Shown piece by piece: positions 52,565 through 64,000 of a stretch of DNA of 64,000 nucleotides. The position numbers and the translations under genes were made by a program. The notes beneath the pieces are model-generated. The model made no database searches and was not told the origin of the DNA. It was given only the letters and a program-made list of their open reading frames with translations. Source of the stretch: Tubiluchus corallicola (taxonomy: Eukaryota; Animalia; Priapulida); contig JAQGDQ010000296.1 in the NCBI GenBank assembly GCA_030141605.1, positions 186,001 through 250,000 on the forward strand. Direction: 5' to 3'. Each line of letters begins with the position of its first letter. Position 1 is the first letter of the stretch.

Positions 52565-53430
52565 TTAGTAACTTAAGCAAAAATGTCGAGTCTGATCAGT
52601 AAATGTATAAATGTCTACCGGAAAAACTCTCTCTGAATGTATATATATGAATCTAGAATTCAAGATGGTAGCTCAAAAATCGACTGTGTCAATCGTTGTG
52701 CATATATTATATTATATATGTGTGCTATATTTTCTAACCCTTTCGTCTGTAATGTATATATATATATATATATATATATACAGATCAGCTTATGCTTGGT
52801 ACGTGTATTCCATCTATTAACATATTCGTCAAATACCGACTCCGTTAGTCGATGCGAAATTCGTTTTAGTATATTCCTATAATTCTGTGTTTTTACGACG
52901 ATCTAGAATTCAAGATGGCAGATCAAAAATCTGACCCTCTCAATCGATGAGGAATTCTTTCTAGTGTATTGCTGATGAAGTTTCCTGTTGTGAACTAGTA
53001 GAATTTTATGTTTCACAAATGAAATGTTATTGTCACCAACTTAAATTCAAAAAGGCAAATCAGAAATCGATGCGGAAGGTTCCCGACAATGCATTGCAAA
53101 TTCGTTGAGGTCTATAATGAATTTTTTTTAAACTTTTGATAGTTATATTTTCGACAAACTGCCTCACAAGTGCTTTACATTATTTTACGAAGAGCCCCTC
53201 AAACTAGCAAGCATACCAGATATAAAAATACCCCGCCTTAAAGTTTTCGCATGTAAAACTTTCAAATATGTTTGTAGAATGAGCCCGTATATTACATGAA
53301 TAGCTAATTTACTTTTTTGTCATCTAGATTATGCAAGAGAAAAAAAAGAGAAAAATAACGCGAGTGTACAAAACAAAGATAGGTTTACATCACGGACCAC
53401 TAGTTTGACTTTGCTGCTCGACCAAACATT
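52565..53430. mobile_element. Helentron/HINE-like element with repeated monomer and internal (TA)n
   Basis: atctagaattcaagatgg(t/c)ag.tcaaaaatc is repeated at ~52651 and ~52901, with a variant at ~53045. It is homologous to the core of the 8.0-8.3 kb element. Possible end tttgac...ctcgaccaaa at ~53404-53425. Boundaries are uncertain. Confidence 0.45.
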
Positions 53431-56400
53431 GTGCAAATAAGACGTGATTTAGAAACGTGTTTAAACTTTTAATAAAAAACTGGAAGCCAAAATTTTAATA
53501 AAAAATTGGAAACCAAAGTTTCATAACTGCACAGTCACTTACATTTTTGCAACTAAGCAAAATGTAAAGCTAACTGCTATTAATTTTTGTGTTTCAATGC
53601 ATTTCAGTGGTTTTGTTCTTCTGTGAGGCACAGCTCGCTTGAAAACTGCAGTTTGCACGAATCAATTGCTTTATTAGACGAATTATTTGTTTTACTCCAT
53701 TTTCTTCGTTAGTGACTTCACAATTGGTTGTTCTCGTTAGTTGTTAAACACTTTAATCAAATTATCTTTCAGTCCGACAGTTTCCTTGTCTGGCACGTCT
53801 TTAGTCTCTTGAAATTCTATTTACATGACAATTCTGCTAGAGCGTGTGTTGGAATTTTAAATTACTACTCCTTGTTTGACGGTACATCCCAAATGAAAAC
53901 AAAAAGATGCAAACGATGATTATAGGACGGACTTTTAGGATCCTTATTTATTTTCTCTTTTGAAAAAAGTGTATATATTACTATGGCATGTCAGTGAGAG
54001 AGCTTGTCTTCAAGACAGGCAAATACAGCACAATTTTTGGCACCTCGGTTGACCCTATCTATTAGCCTTTTTAAATTAAACTCAATTAAGCAAAATTATA
54101 GGTATGGATTATACTTACTATATTTATAGCTATTTGATCTCAATAACTTTTGCAGGTGTGATCCATTTGCTGTCTGGAGGAGCCTTGCATATGAAATTTC
54201 CTAAAATTTGGAATTGCGATTATCAATACACAAGAGAGCTTTTAAATCCAGCAATATGTTGTTTATTTTTAAAATCCGATAAGCAATCGCTTATCGGATT
54301 TACCAAATAAAAAGGTTCGAATGACAGGTGGATCACCCTGAACCTCCCAACCGTTCTGTCAAACAAGCTGCTAAAACTTGGCGCAGCGGATCACATATTC
54401 AAAATCAGCTCTGGTGAATACAAATAATTCCCAAACCTCACATATGGCTAAACAGCCAAAGTATACAAACATCATTTCACTGCAAAATATGACAGCAGAT
54501 TGGCTAAATCGTTTACTACCGTGTAGTAGATTAGTTTACGTTTACTTTCATTGTCACAGTTACCATTCGGTGGTGGTGGCAGCGCTGGTAATAGTACTAA
54601 CTGTGACGCCTATTAGCTTTTATCTCTTATTGCAATTACTTCGATGCTTGATTTGATGCTGCTGTTTTCTTATGGGCTTCTCGTGACATTTGCACTTATT
54701 ACCAACAAAGGGTAAATGACTAGCACAATATTATACGTATAAAGATGGATGCACGCGTGCACAGGGTGCGTAATCCAACAGTTCAGTGTGTAGTGCCACC
54801 TACAACTGGAAATTCCTGTCTTGGATGTTACGTATAATGATTTATGCGTATGATTTATGCGGACATTAATGTGACTAGCCTCTCTAATGGAAGGCTCGCT
54901 AAATGCTGGTAAGATGTTTAGGTGCTCGTTGTGTGCGACTCACATTAATAAGTGGTTCTGATTATTAATTTCTAAATGGATAACTCATAACAAATGGACA
55001 TGTATTCTGCTAGCACACAAAAAGCAAGTGCAAAATTTAATTAGCAACACTGTTGTGGACGACAAAGTTAAATAATGGACCTCACATTTGAATCGAATTG
55101 AATTAAACTGAACTGAAACGAATTGAATTTCACAATGAAAAAACACGTGTACATACATTTTTATAAAGTGAAGGTGGATTGCATAGCAAAATCAGTCTAA
55201 GATGCAAAAGGTGGCAAACACATCCGCTGTGATTTCTGTCATGAACTTGCAAAATGGCGAAAGCACACTCTTTCTTATGTAAAACATTTTGCTGTGAGTT
55301 ATTCAACTGCTTATATTTATCGAAAACTCAAATATAACTAGCTAACTAAATTAGGAATGAACTTAACTGTGTGCTCAACCTATTAAAAATAAATAAATAA
55401 ATAAATGTACGTATGTATAAATAAATAAATAAATGTATATGTATATGTATATGTATTAATGCATGTAGGTAATACATGCAATGCAGTAGAGCTAAAATTG
55501 TTTTCTTATCTTGTCAAAGAGCAGTCCGGGCGCTACACGCTGATACGGAATCCTCGGTTGTATCACTTGGAACTGTTTCAGCTCTCCATCTCCGTCGTTC
55601 TGTTAACATTATTATTGAACTAATGTATTATGTAGCAGCTGGTGTACTTTCAAACGGGTTTAAATTACTCTTAATGCTCACAAATTTTCACCCGACAGTG
55701 GTGATTGCGATGACATGATTTGTAGTATGTAATGTAATACTGGGTAAGCTAAATGAGATTACCGTTATTTTTCGTTCACAAAACTTCCATACGTTGCCAA
55801 AAACTTTAAGTCTTCTGCATACAAATGTTACTTGCCCGTCGGAGTTCAACTTGGAGATAGTGAACGACGTAGGAGGGGATTAGCTTATTGCGCCCCGTAT
55901 TTGAACGTTAGGAAAGATAGCTGCATACTATTGTGCGCTTTGTCTGACCAGCCACGTATGAACTATAATATGACAACGACACATCGATGACATTAAATTC
56001 ATCTTGCACTCATTAAACTCATTGATTTTTAAGTCATTAAACACTGTGCAATTTCTCACTACTTATAAGGACCAACGATTCTATTCAGCACACGTGAGAG
56101 AAGTTTCCTAAAGCTTACAACAGAGTGCAGTCTTTGTCGTCATGACAGTGGCTTCAGAATTTTGATTCGGTTCTGACCATTTTTGTTGCTGAGTAATTTT
56201 CTGATTAAAATAGATTGCGCGTTGTGATTAATGCACAGTAAATGTTCGGAATGCGAATTGCCAGCATGCGAGTGTGTGCGACTTTACAAGCCAATATGCA
56301 CAAAAACCTTATTCTAAAAGAAGAAATACTAAGTGTCCCAACGACAAAATTATTCAAAAGTGTTAATCTGGTAAATAACTTTAGAAGCTTCTACTTCGAG

Positions 56401-57084
56401 TATTACGTTATTAATTCGAACGGCGTCTCTTTTAAAGTATTGCTTTCATTGTATATGCTCACCATCGCATTTACAATACTTTTTGCAGCATCAAATGTGG
56501 CTTGATAAGTCTACTACAATGATTTTATGCCATGCTTTAGAGTCTGCATGATAGCTACAAAGGAAAATGGTGCAAAAACTTTAATTGTAGAATAAAAAAT
56601 TCTCATTTACTGAGTAAAAGACTAAAAATTTACCACGAGATGAACGCTGTTCACCTGCAAATGAAATTGAAAACCATATCAATGGTAATTACTAAAAAGG
56701 CAAAAGAAAATGACAAGATGTATTTACCGTCTTCTTTACCGAATCATTTACCAAAACGGTTATTTCGAGACTTACGTTTACAACAATTGTAAGGATGAAC
56801 ACACAAACAACGAATAACAAGTAGGATATGGTGAAATACTTTTTTGCAAAATTTTGCAGATGCCGTAAGGTGCCAAAAGCTCGTTTAACGTCCGAAATAA
56901 ACCCAACACTGAAGACCCATCCAACATTTTAAAAATTAATTCGGTCGCTTCAAACAGCTGTGAAATTAACACGACCGCCATGTTGACCGCCAAAGCCGCA
57001 AACGCCGCAACAAGTAGTCAACAATAGTCGACCGCAATAAGTTTTCACACACTTTAGCAAGTACACAGATAAATGTTAAAGGTC

Positions 57085-58050
57085 AATAGTTATTAAAATC
57101 ATTGGCAGGCTTTTTCTTTTACATCGATGTCATTCTTCCAATTAGTTGGTATAACAACAGAGTCAAGCGTTTTTCTGAAAATCGTCCAAACCGCTAGTGC
57201 AAAGAATTGATGCTAATTCTTTTAATACTTTCCCATGTATCCCAGCAAGATCCATTGACTTAAGGGTATTTACTGCACACAATGCTTTCTGGATGTCTTC
57301 CACAGTAAAGTCTATATCTATCAGTATAGCAATATGATTTTCTGAAACACCTCTTCCAAAACTCTGATCCACACTTATATTGGTCCGACAGTTGAACGTA
57401 CTAGCAAATTTTCCAGTTACGATATTAGCAACTTCGCTAGGCAAATGTTTTTCAATACCATGCACTTGAAAAGGGCCTACAGGATTATGTAGAATGCGCA
57501 CATTTGTCATGTAAATCCAAAAGCGTTTAGAGTTATCAACACAGTCACTTGGAACTTTGCGTCCATATTCGAGTTTGGCTTCTTAACATACTGAGGGGAC
57601 ATTGCGACATGCGTTGCAGTATGTTGTATTATTTCTTCCAGTTGGATATATCTGCAAGATACTAAGTCTATGCATTTTTGTATTTACAGCAGTTTGTACG
57701 TTGGCATCGTACCATTCAGGCTATAAGTTTTCAACGTGTTACGTTTTCAGAATAAAATTATCTAAAACACTTGCGACAAGGTCTTTCAAGTACTGCCGCG
57801 CACTTAGCAGTCTCTCGGCACTTAAATCGTTTGTATCAGTAATAAGTTCAATGAATGATAAAGCCATTCGCCACGCTTCGCAGTGATCCTTACTATATAC
57901 ATGCGTCAAAGAGATGTTCTTCTTCACATTATATTGGTACAAGAATTGCACTTTCTTGTGCTCTGAAAGACAAATTGATGGACATGACTGGGCGTCAGAA
58001 GCGATGGTCAATGGGTGTTTTGTAAGACATGTTGTGATAAATCTTTAACA
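57085..58050 (-). mobile_element. Degenerate CR1-like LINE fragment (tether region to start of RT)
   Basis: Motifs PEWYDANVQTAVNTK, DNSKRFWIYM, FTVEDIQKALCAVNTLKSMDLAGIHGKVLKELASILC and NWKN. Confidence 0.75.
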
Positions 58051-60664
58051 AGCTGCGGCCTATTAAAGACATACATGAGGAACCAAAATGCATAACATTA
58101 AATAACTCAACTAGAATCACGAAACTTGCAAGATAGACACTTGGAGCAAGGGCTCAGACAATGTACACCAAAATACTTAAGACTGTTTAAATTCCGAGAC
58201 AGGGGCCGAGAATACGAAAATTAGGGCAAATGGCTTTGTTCCTCAAGTCGTAACGTTAAATAATTCCAAAACTCTGTACCCGAGTCCCGAAATTTCAATC
58301 TTCCAGGATAGACAAGCATTTAGCTAATGTTGGGTAGGTGTGCACCTTAATGAGCTTAAATAGGATCGAAATGTAAAAATGAAGGTAAACTGTTCAATTA
58401 CACTTGAGTAAATCGCAATGGGCCAGTTACAGTCAAGTGATTATTAGTCACGAGAACGATGCACACTTATAGGCGTGATGATCTACAAGTATTGACATGC
58501 GTTGACCACCCAGTTATAATCTGTGAACACGGTCACACGGCGTTGTACTCACGAATTTGAATAAGATTTCATTCAGGCTTGTGGGCGAGTCTTACAAATC
58601 ACGTCCAAACGGTTTTTAATTGAAGTAATAGCCGAAATTAGATAATGGTAAAATCTGTTATTACGATATTGCTTCTAAAAGATTAAACACAACGTTTCTA
58701 TTACAGGTAACTACTAAATACCTGGTTCTACAATTGCTGTGTGTCAGCAAAAAAATCTATCTTTGTAATTCTAAGCAGTTACAAAAATAAGATGAAAATA
58801 AATTGTATTAATAGTGCCTGTTTATCAAAGTATGGTCAAACTAGTATCAACACTAATAAAACAATTTCCTTGTTTTGTTAAAGAATTATGCTGTGGCGCA
58901 TGCCATCAAGTTGAGAAAGATGCAGATGATTACGAATAATGACTCTCATTAGTAATGACGAGTGCAGAACAGTCAGTGAGTGGACAATTGTCCTTTAGTC
59001 TTAATTATGGTTCCTCGACAAGTTGGTCTCTAGGTATATTGTGTTTTATTATAATGTGAGATCACATGTAACTTTGTGAGGACAGAAATATACAAGTTGG
59101 TGATGGCGTACGTTTAACTAAACGTTAGCACTTTCGTTGTTTTTGGCTAAGTAAGTATGTATATACAGTACTTCTGAATGTAACTGTAACGCATCTGCAG
59201 TGTTTAATCCTCAAGTATTATCTGCGAAGATGGACGTACTTGTGATATCGCCTTGAGTAGCTAATTTTGTAGTGTAGTAAGATACTGATGGCAAAAGTTA
59301 TTAATATTATCTTCTGCCTCTGGAATTTTTCACCGGTGCAATTAGTAACAAAATACAGTGCGCAACAGAATTTTTGTATTACATCAAGCAGTTCAATGTA
59401 CATGCAAACTGCAACAAAGACTTTATTCTAATTGTTTAGGTACTGAAATTGCTGACGACAAATCCAACCGAACCTGTGGACATTACACAATGTGATATAT
59501 ATTTTATTTGATTAAAGATATAAATAGAATTTTCGTAAGTGTTGGAGTTATAATCGTAGTCGTGCACTTGGTGTTAGGTCGCGGAGATCGGCCGTAATTA
59601 ATTTTCGTCACGTTTGTCATGAGAGCTGTAGATCGATATTTGTATGAAATTTGTGAAAGTATTTTGCCGTAACACAGGCATGTACTTTTATGCCAATATT
59701 AGTAATGCATAAATATGAAAAACTTGTCTTCAGCGCCTTTTATTTGTGATCGGTACTAGACGAAACAGTAAGAGGCAGTTAAGGTAGTAATCATTCATTC
59801 ATCTTTAATCATCATTATCCAAACGCTTTCGGTGAGCGATGGCACCATTCCACAGTGCTGCTAATCCTTATTTAGCCCTTTAAATTAAGATATAATACAT
59901 GCAAAGGGAATCATATTGAATCATACATTTTCAACCAATTATGATTATAAATTTACAGTTTTACACATACATGCATTTATCTGATCGTTTCATCTATCGC
60001 TAACATCCAGACTTTAAATGTGTCATGTACTGGTCTGGTAGTTTCTTATTTTAATCTGATGTCTAATTTTAAACGTTCAATATTAGTGCAACAAATCATC
60101 GTTCATGTGAGCCACACAACTCACACACGAGATGCCAAGATATAACACTTTTTGTATTATGATCACACAAAATTCCTGCATTTCTTGACAATAAAAATCT
60201 TTCACATAATTTCAAAGCATTGAGCAGAAAAGTACCCCACAGTATTTCAGGACCTTGAGCAGCAAATTGTTTTGATGCATTGATCAGCTTTCTGTTAGTT
60301 AGAGCAGCACTGATAGGATTTTATAACAGGCACTAAAGCGGTTGATAAAGAACGTGAAAAAGATGTAAAGTAGTTATAGAAGGCCTGCTACTAAAAGAAA
60401 TAAATAAACGCATTAAGATGTACCGATAGCAACAAGGGCACTTTCTTTTGAAAACGAGTTAACTGGTGCCTGAGAATTTGCGCTAGCTTGATATCTTGTT
60501 GTACTGCGGTGCCTAGTAGCGCTTCAACAAATTTCGTGGTACCACGTACGCTCCCTAACCGTGTACTGCAGCCAATGTACCACGAGTCGGTATATGGAAA
60601 GGTAGTCTTAGAGTTAAACGATTTACAAAAAGTATATAGCCTGTACGGCAAACCATAAGGCTTG

Positions 60665-60735
60665 CATCTCTTTCTCCGTCTATCTTTCTACCTGTCTGTC
60701 TGTCTGTTTGTTTATCCAACCGACCAACCAACCAA
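60665..60735. repeat. Degenerate (TCTG)/(CCAA) tetranucleotide tract
   Basis: Directly visible. Confidence 0.7.
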
Positions 60736-62372
60736 GTGATCGAATTCAAACTAACACATTCCCTAAAATAAAACTGGCATTACATAAAATGCCTAGGCAA
60801 ATTACTGAATGTTTGTTTTATTTTTAGATTAACTAAAATGTATTCAGGATTCTATAAAATAACTAGGGAAAGTGAATACAGAATCTAAGAATTGCATACT
60901 CTGTCTAGATAAGTTTTTGCTTTATGTATAATGCCCACGAAAAATATAGAAGGAACCACTTTAGATATTTTACTCGGCTTGTATTGGCTCTCCATAAAAT
61001 TTTTAGTCATTTTACAGAATACCCAGTTTCACACTTTGCCTGTATTAAACATAAAGTAAATTCTAGATTATCACATAAAGTTACCCAACTTGCAGGAGAA
61101 TGGATGGAAAATGTTTGTGAGGAACTATTTTTACCGCATCGTTTCTGTATTTCGAAATAAAGTGTTGTCTGGCTGGGCAAGTAATTATAAAAATATATGA
61201 CATATATTTAAAACGAATTATGCCAAAACTGGACATGACATTACAGGTGAAAAGTTCAAAAAATGCTTGGAATTTCTGCTGTAACCCGAGTTTAGAACAT
61301 TGAGTAATATGAACCGGCACTGAGCTTCATCAATTAAATCATGAGAGCCGTGTAATTGTCAAGTACGACTTCATATGAAAGCATGAAACCATACTAGGTG
61401 ATATGAGATATTTTCCTGAAGTAAGTGAAAATAAATCATCTAGTCTGGTTTCCCGAGAAAGCTAAATCTGGCAAAACACACGACTCGTAACACGAGAAAG
61501 CAACATGGTCGCTTTTTGGGGACTATTGCCGCAACGTTTCGCATTCAATTCTGAAACTTCTTTGTGAACAATATGATGAAGAAATGAGAATGTGTGAGTA
61601 CTCATGCAAAACTGACTGATAAGGAAACAGTGAATGAACAACGAATGATTATACATTCACATCTGAAAATCTTCAAAACATTAGCTGAAAAAAACGTACA
61701 TGCTATATTCCTAACTAATAGCATACATGTATACATATAAATACGTATACATGTATAAAAAAAAATTATCTTTCCCAAAACATGTTTTTAAAACAAATAC
61801 ACCACAGTTTATAAAAAAGGCTGAATCGAAAAATTTTCTTAAGGATTATAAAATCCGTATATTATTTGTTACATTATTTAAATGCACAATTCCTATAGTA
61901 TGTAAATAGCCTTATTAGTGCACAGTTCTTAGTTCACGACCTAATTTCTACTTGTAAGCATATGTACTAATCATCACGAGTCAATAGAAAAGGTCCTGAT
62001 GTCACCAAAATACTTGTTTTAGGTAAAACTCAAACATGATACAAATCGTCATTAAACACTGGATAAGATACAAGCTTATTAGGGTACAAATTTCGCTATA
62101 TGTATCTGGGCTATATTATATCATCAACTTTGTATTCCTGGCTGCCACAATTTACTGTGTACCTGTGGCTCTACTAAAACTATAAGGACATTGTTTTTCT
62201 GGCAAATCATTCAGCTATTTTGTAATCATGGGAAAGAAAGATGAAAAAGACGAAAAGGATCGTGAGTATCTATAAAAATTCTATATATCTGTGTTATCAT
62301 ATGTTCATATTCTCTTACAGTGAAGCATTTTTTGTTTAGCAATACTGCACATGATTTTATCTTCCAAAACGT

Positions 62373-62880
62373 AATTTTTCTCCTCGCAGCAAAGTTGCAA
62401 GAGGGACATAGTGATCTCACCGTACGTCCGTAGTTCCACTGTTGGCCCCATGGAGAAGTTCCACGCCAAACTGTTTGCCTAAGCTTGCATCTTTCATGTG
62501 TGTATTACTCATCAATAGAGGAAAAGCCTTCTCGATTTCGTGATCCCAGGACCAAAGCTCAGAAGACCTGATACTTGAAATAGCTTCTCAGAGCATGTTA
62601 AGTTAAGGCCATAAGCTTACGTTTTTCCCGTCAGGTCGGTCATCAACAGGGGAAGAAGCCCTTCAATTTTGCTGTCTCAACGCAACGGCCAGGGTCTCAA
62701 GGCACGATATTTGGAAAGCCATATGGATGGATTTTGAGCTCAAATAGTTGACCCATCTTAGGTCATGTTTCACATGTATGATTTTGGGGTTCCAAGGTCA
62801 AAGGTTAGGGTCACAGTATACACAGTGTGTAAACACATTTTAAGCCCGTATACGTGACCTTATCTTTCACGTTCATGTCG
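62373..62880 (+). mobile_element. Helentron/HINE (DINE-1-like) element
   Basis: A T-run start, hairpin cctcgcagc-aaa-gttgcaagagg, then ccgtacgtccgt (GTCC microsatellite relic). The internal aaggtcaaaggttagggtcac motif is typical of invertebrate HINE monomers. Confidence 0.55.
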
Positions 62881-64000
62881 CCCATCAACAGAAGATGTGT
62901 ACAACGCTCATCAACAGTAGAAGAATCGTATTGACTAAGTTTTACTAAGTTAGTGAAGCCAAGTATGTGGGCAGATCATCTCAAAGACTGATTGATAGAG
63001 TAAAACAAGACATAGCGGTATGGGTAAGAACTAAATCCACAACCACTAGAACTCAACCAGATAAACAAAGCAAAAGTAGTTATAAGCTATAAACCAAGGC
63101 GAAGCCACATCTGCCATAGCCCAACATCTAAACAACCATCAATCATGACCAGATAATCTCAATAATTCAAATTTCAAAATTATATACAAGTGCAGATTAG
63201 ATTTCCACCTTAAAATTTTGGAAGCAATAATCTGATTGGTCTATCGCTCTGCTTCCGCTGTAACGTAAGCACGCTCAGCGACTTTCGGGATAACAGCTCA
63301 CCCTGAACAACAACTGTCTCAACTAAACTAAACCAAACAGCATGACAGTCACAACTAATGTCTAATCAGCTGATAAACTGATTGCGCTTTTTCATAAACA
63401 CAGATTTGCAGAGCAGCAGCTATTTTTACACGAAATTAACACTTCAAGTAGCCAAAAATGACTTTTCAATTTAAACAGAATGTAGAGACGTGGTTTCAAA
63501 GCACTACAAAATACAGGGACATAAGCATAATAAAGAAAAGTAAGCCAGTTAGCTTTGCTTTGCAATAAATTAGCGACAAAAATATTGTCTCTCTTGCCTT
63601 TGAACACACGAACATCATACATGCCTGCGATGTATTTTTCTATATTAACTGATGATGTGCTCGTCTGAAAAATTTATTCAGTTTAGTATTTTTCCGTTGT
63701 CAGGCTAAGGAAATGGAATAAATTTGATTGTTCCATTCCATAGACGACCCTTATATTGAATGTTCGAGTTACATACGTCCCAATGGCATCTTTTAACCCT
63801 GATTATAACCAGAAAAATAGCGAAAAATAGCTAATACTACATTGATGTATAATATAGGTTTTGACCACATTTGAATTAATTTTGACTGTGAAGATCTCAT
63901 TGAGGTATATATTAACTGACCAGAAAAAAACTAAACTAAACTGCGTATTTTCTTGACTGCAAAATGGTTTAATCAGCAACTCATAGACGTAAGCGTTGTG

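Noticed and set aside
63645-63680. CTGATGA...GAAA hammerhead core spacing
   Set aside because: The intervening bases do not form stem II. The other CTGANGA sites I checked also lacked the fold.

Overview
AT-rich metazoan (probably invertebrate) intergenic or intronic DNA. I can support no intact host gene and found no prokaryotic features such as operons, CRISPR arrays or rRNA. Most of the window is transposable-element debris and simple repeats. There are four LINE remnants: an L2/Crack-like copy (+, ~0.2-2.1 kb), a young I/R1-group-like copy with one premature stop (-, 22.8-25.1 kb) and two CR1-like copies (-, 32.7-34.3 kb and 57.1-58.0 kb). Other elements include tRNA-derived SINE-like copies, Helentron/HINE-like elements, non-autonomous TIR elements and short MITEs, and weak hAT, mariner and Penelope-like traces. 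The only recognisable host coding sequence is a 48-codon 5' fragment of the mitochondrial carrier SLC25A35/SLC25A34 at 52.4 kb. Oddities include an apparently exact 553-bp tandem duplication and a pentamer array whose units spell tandem 5' splice sites. I found no convincing new biological system, so the findings are modest leads. All family assignments come from motif recognition by eye, not database searches.
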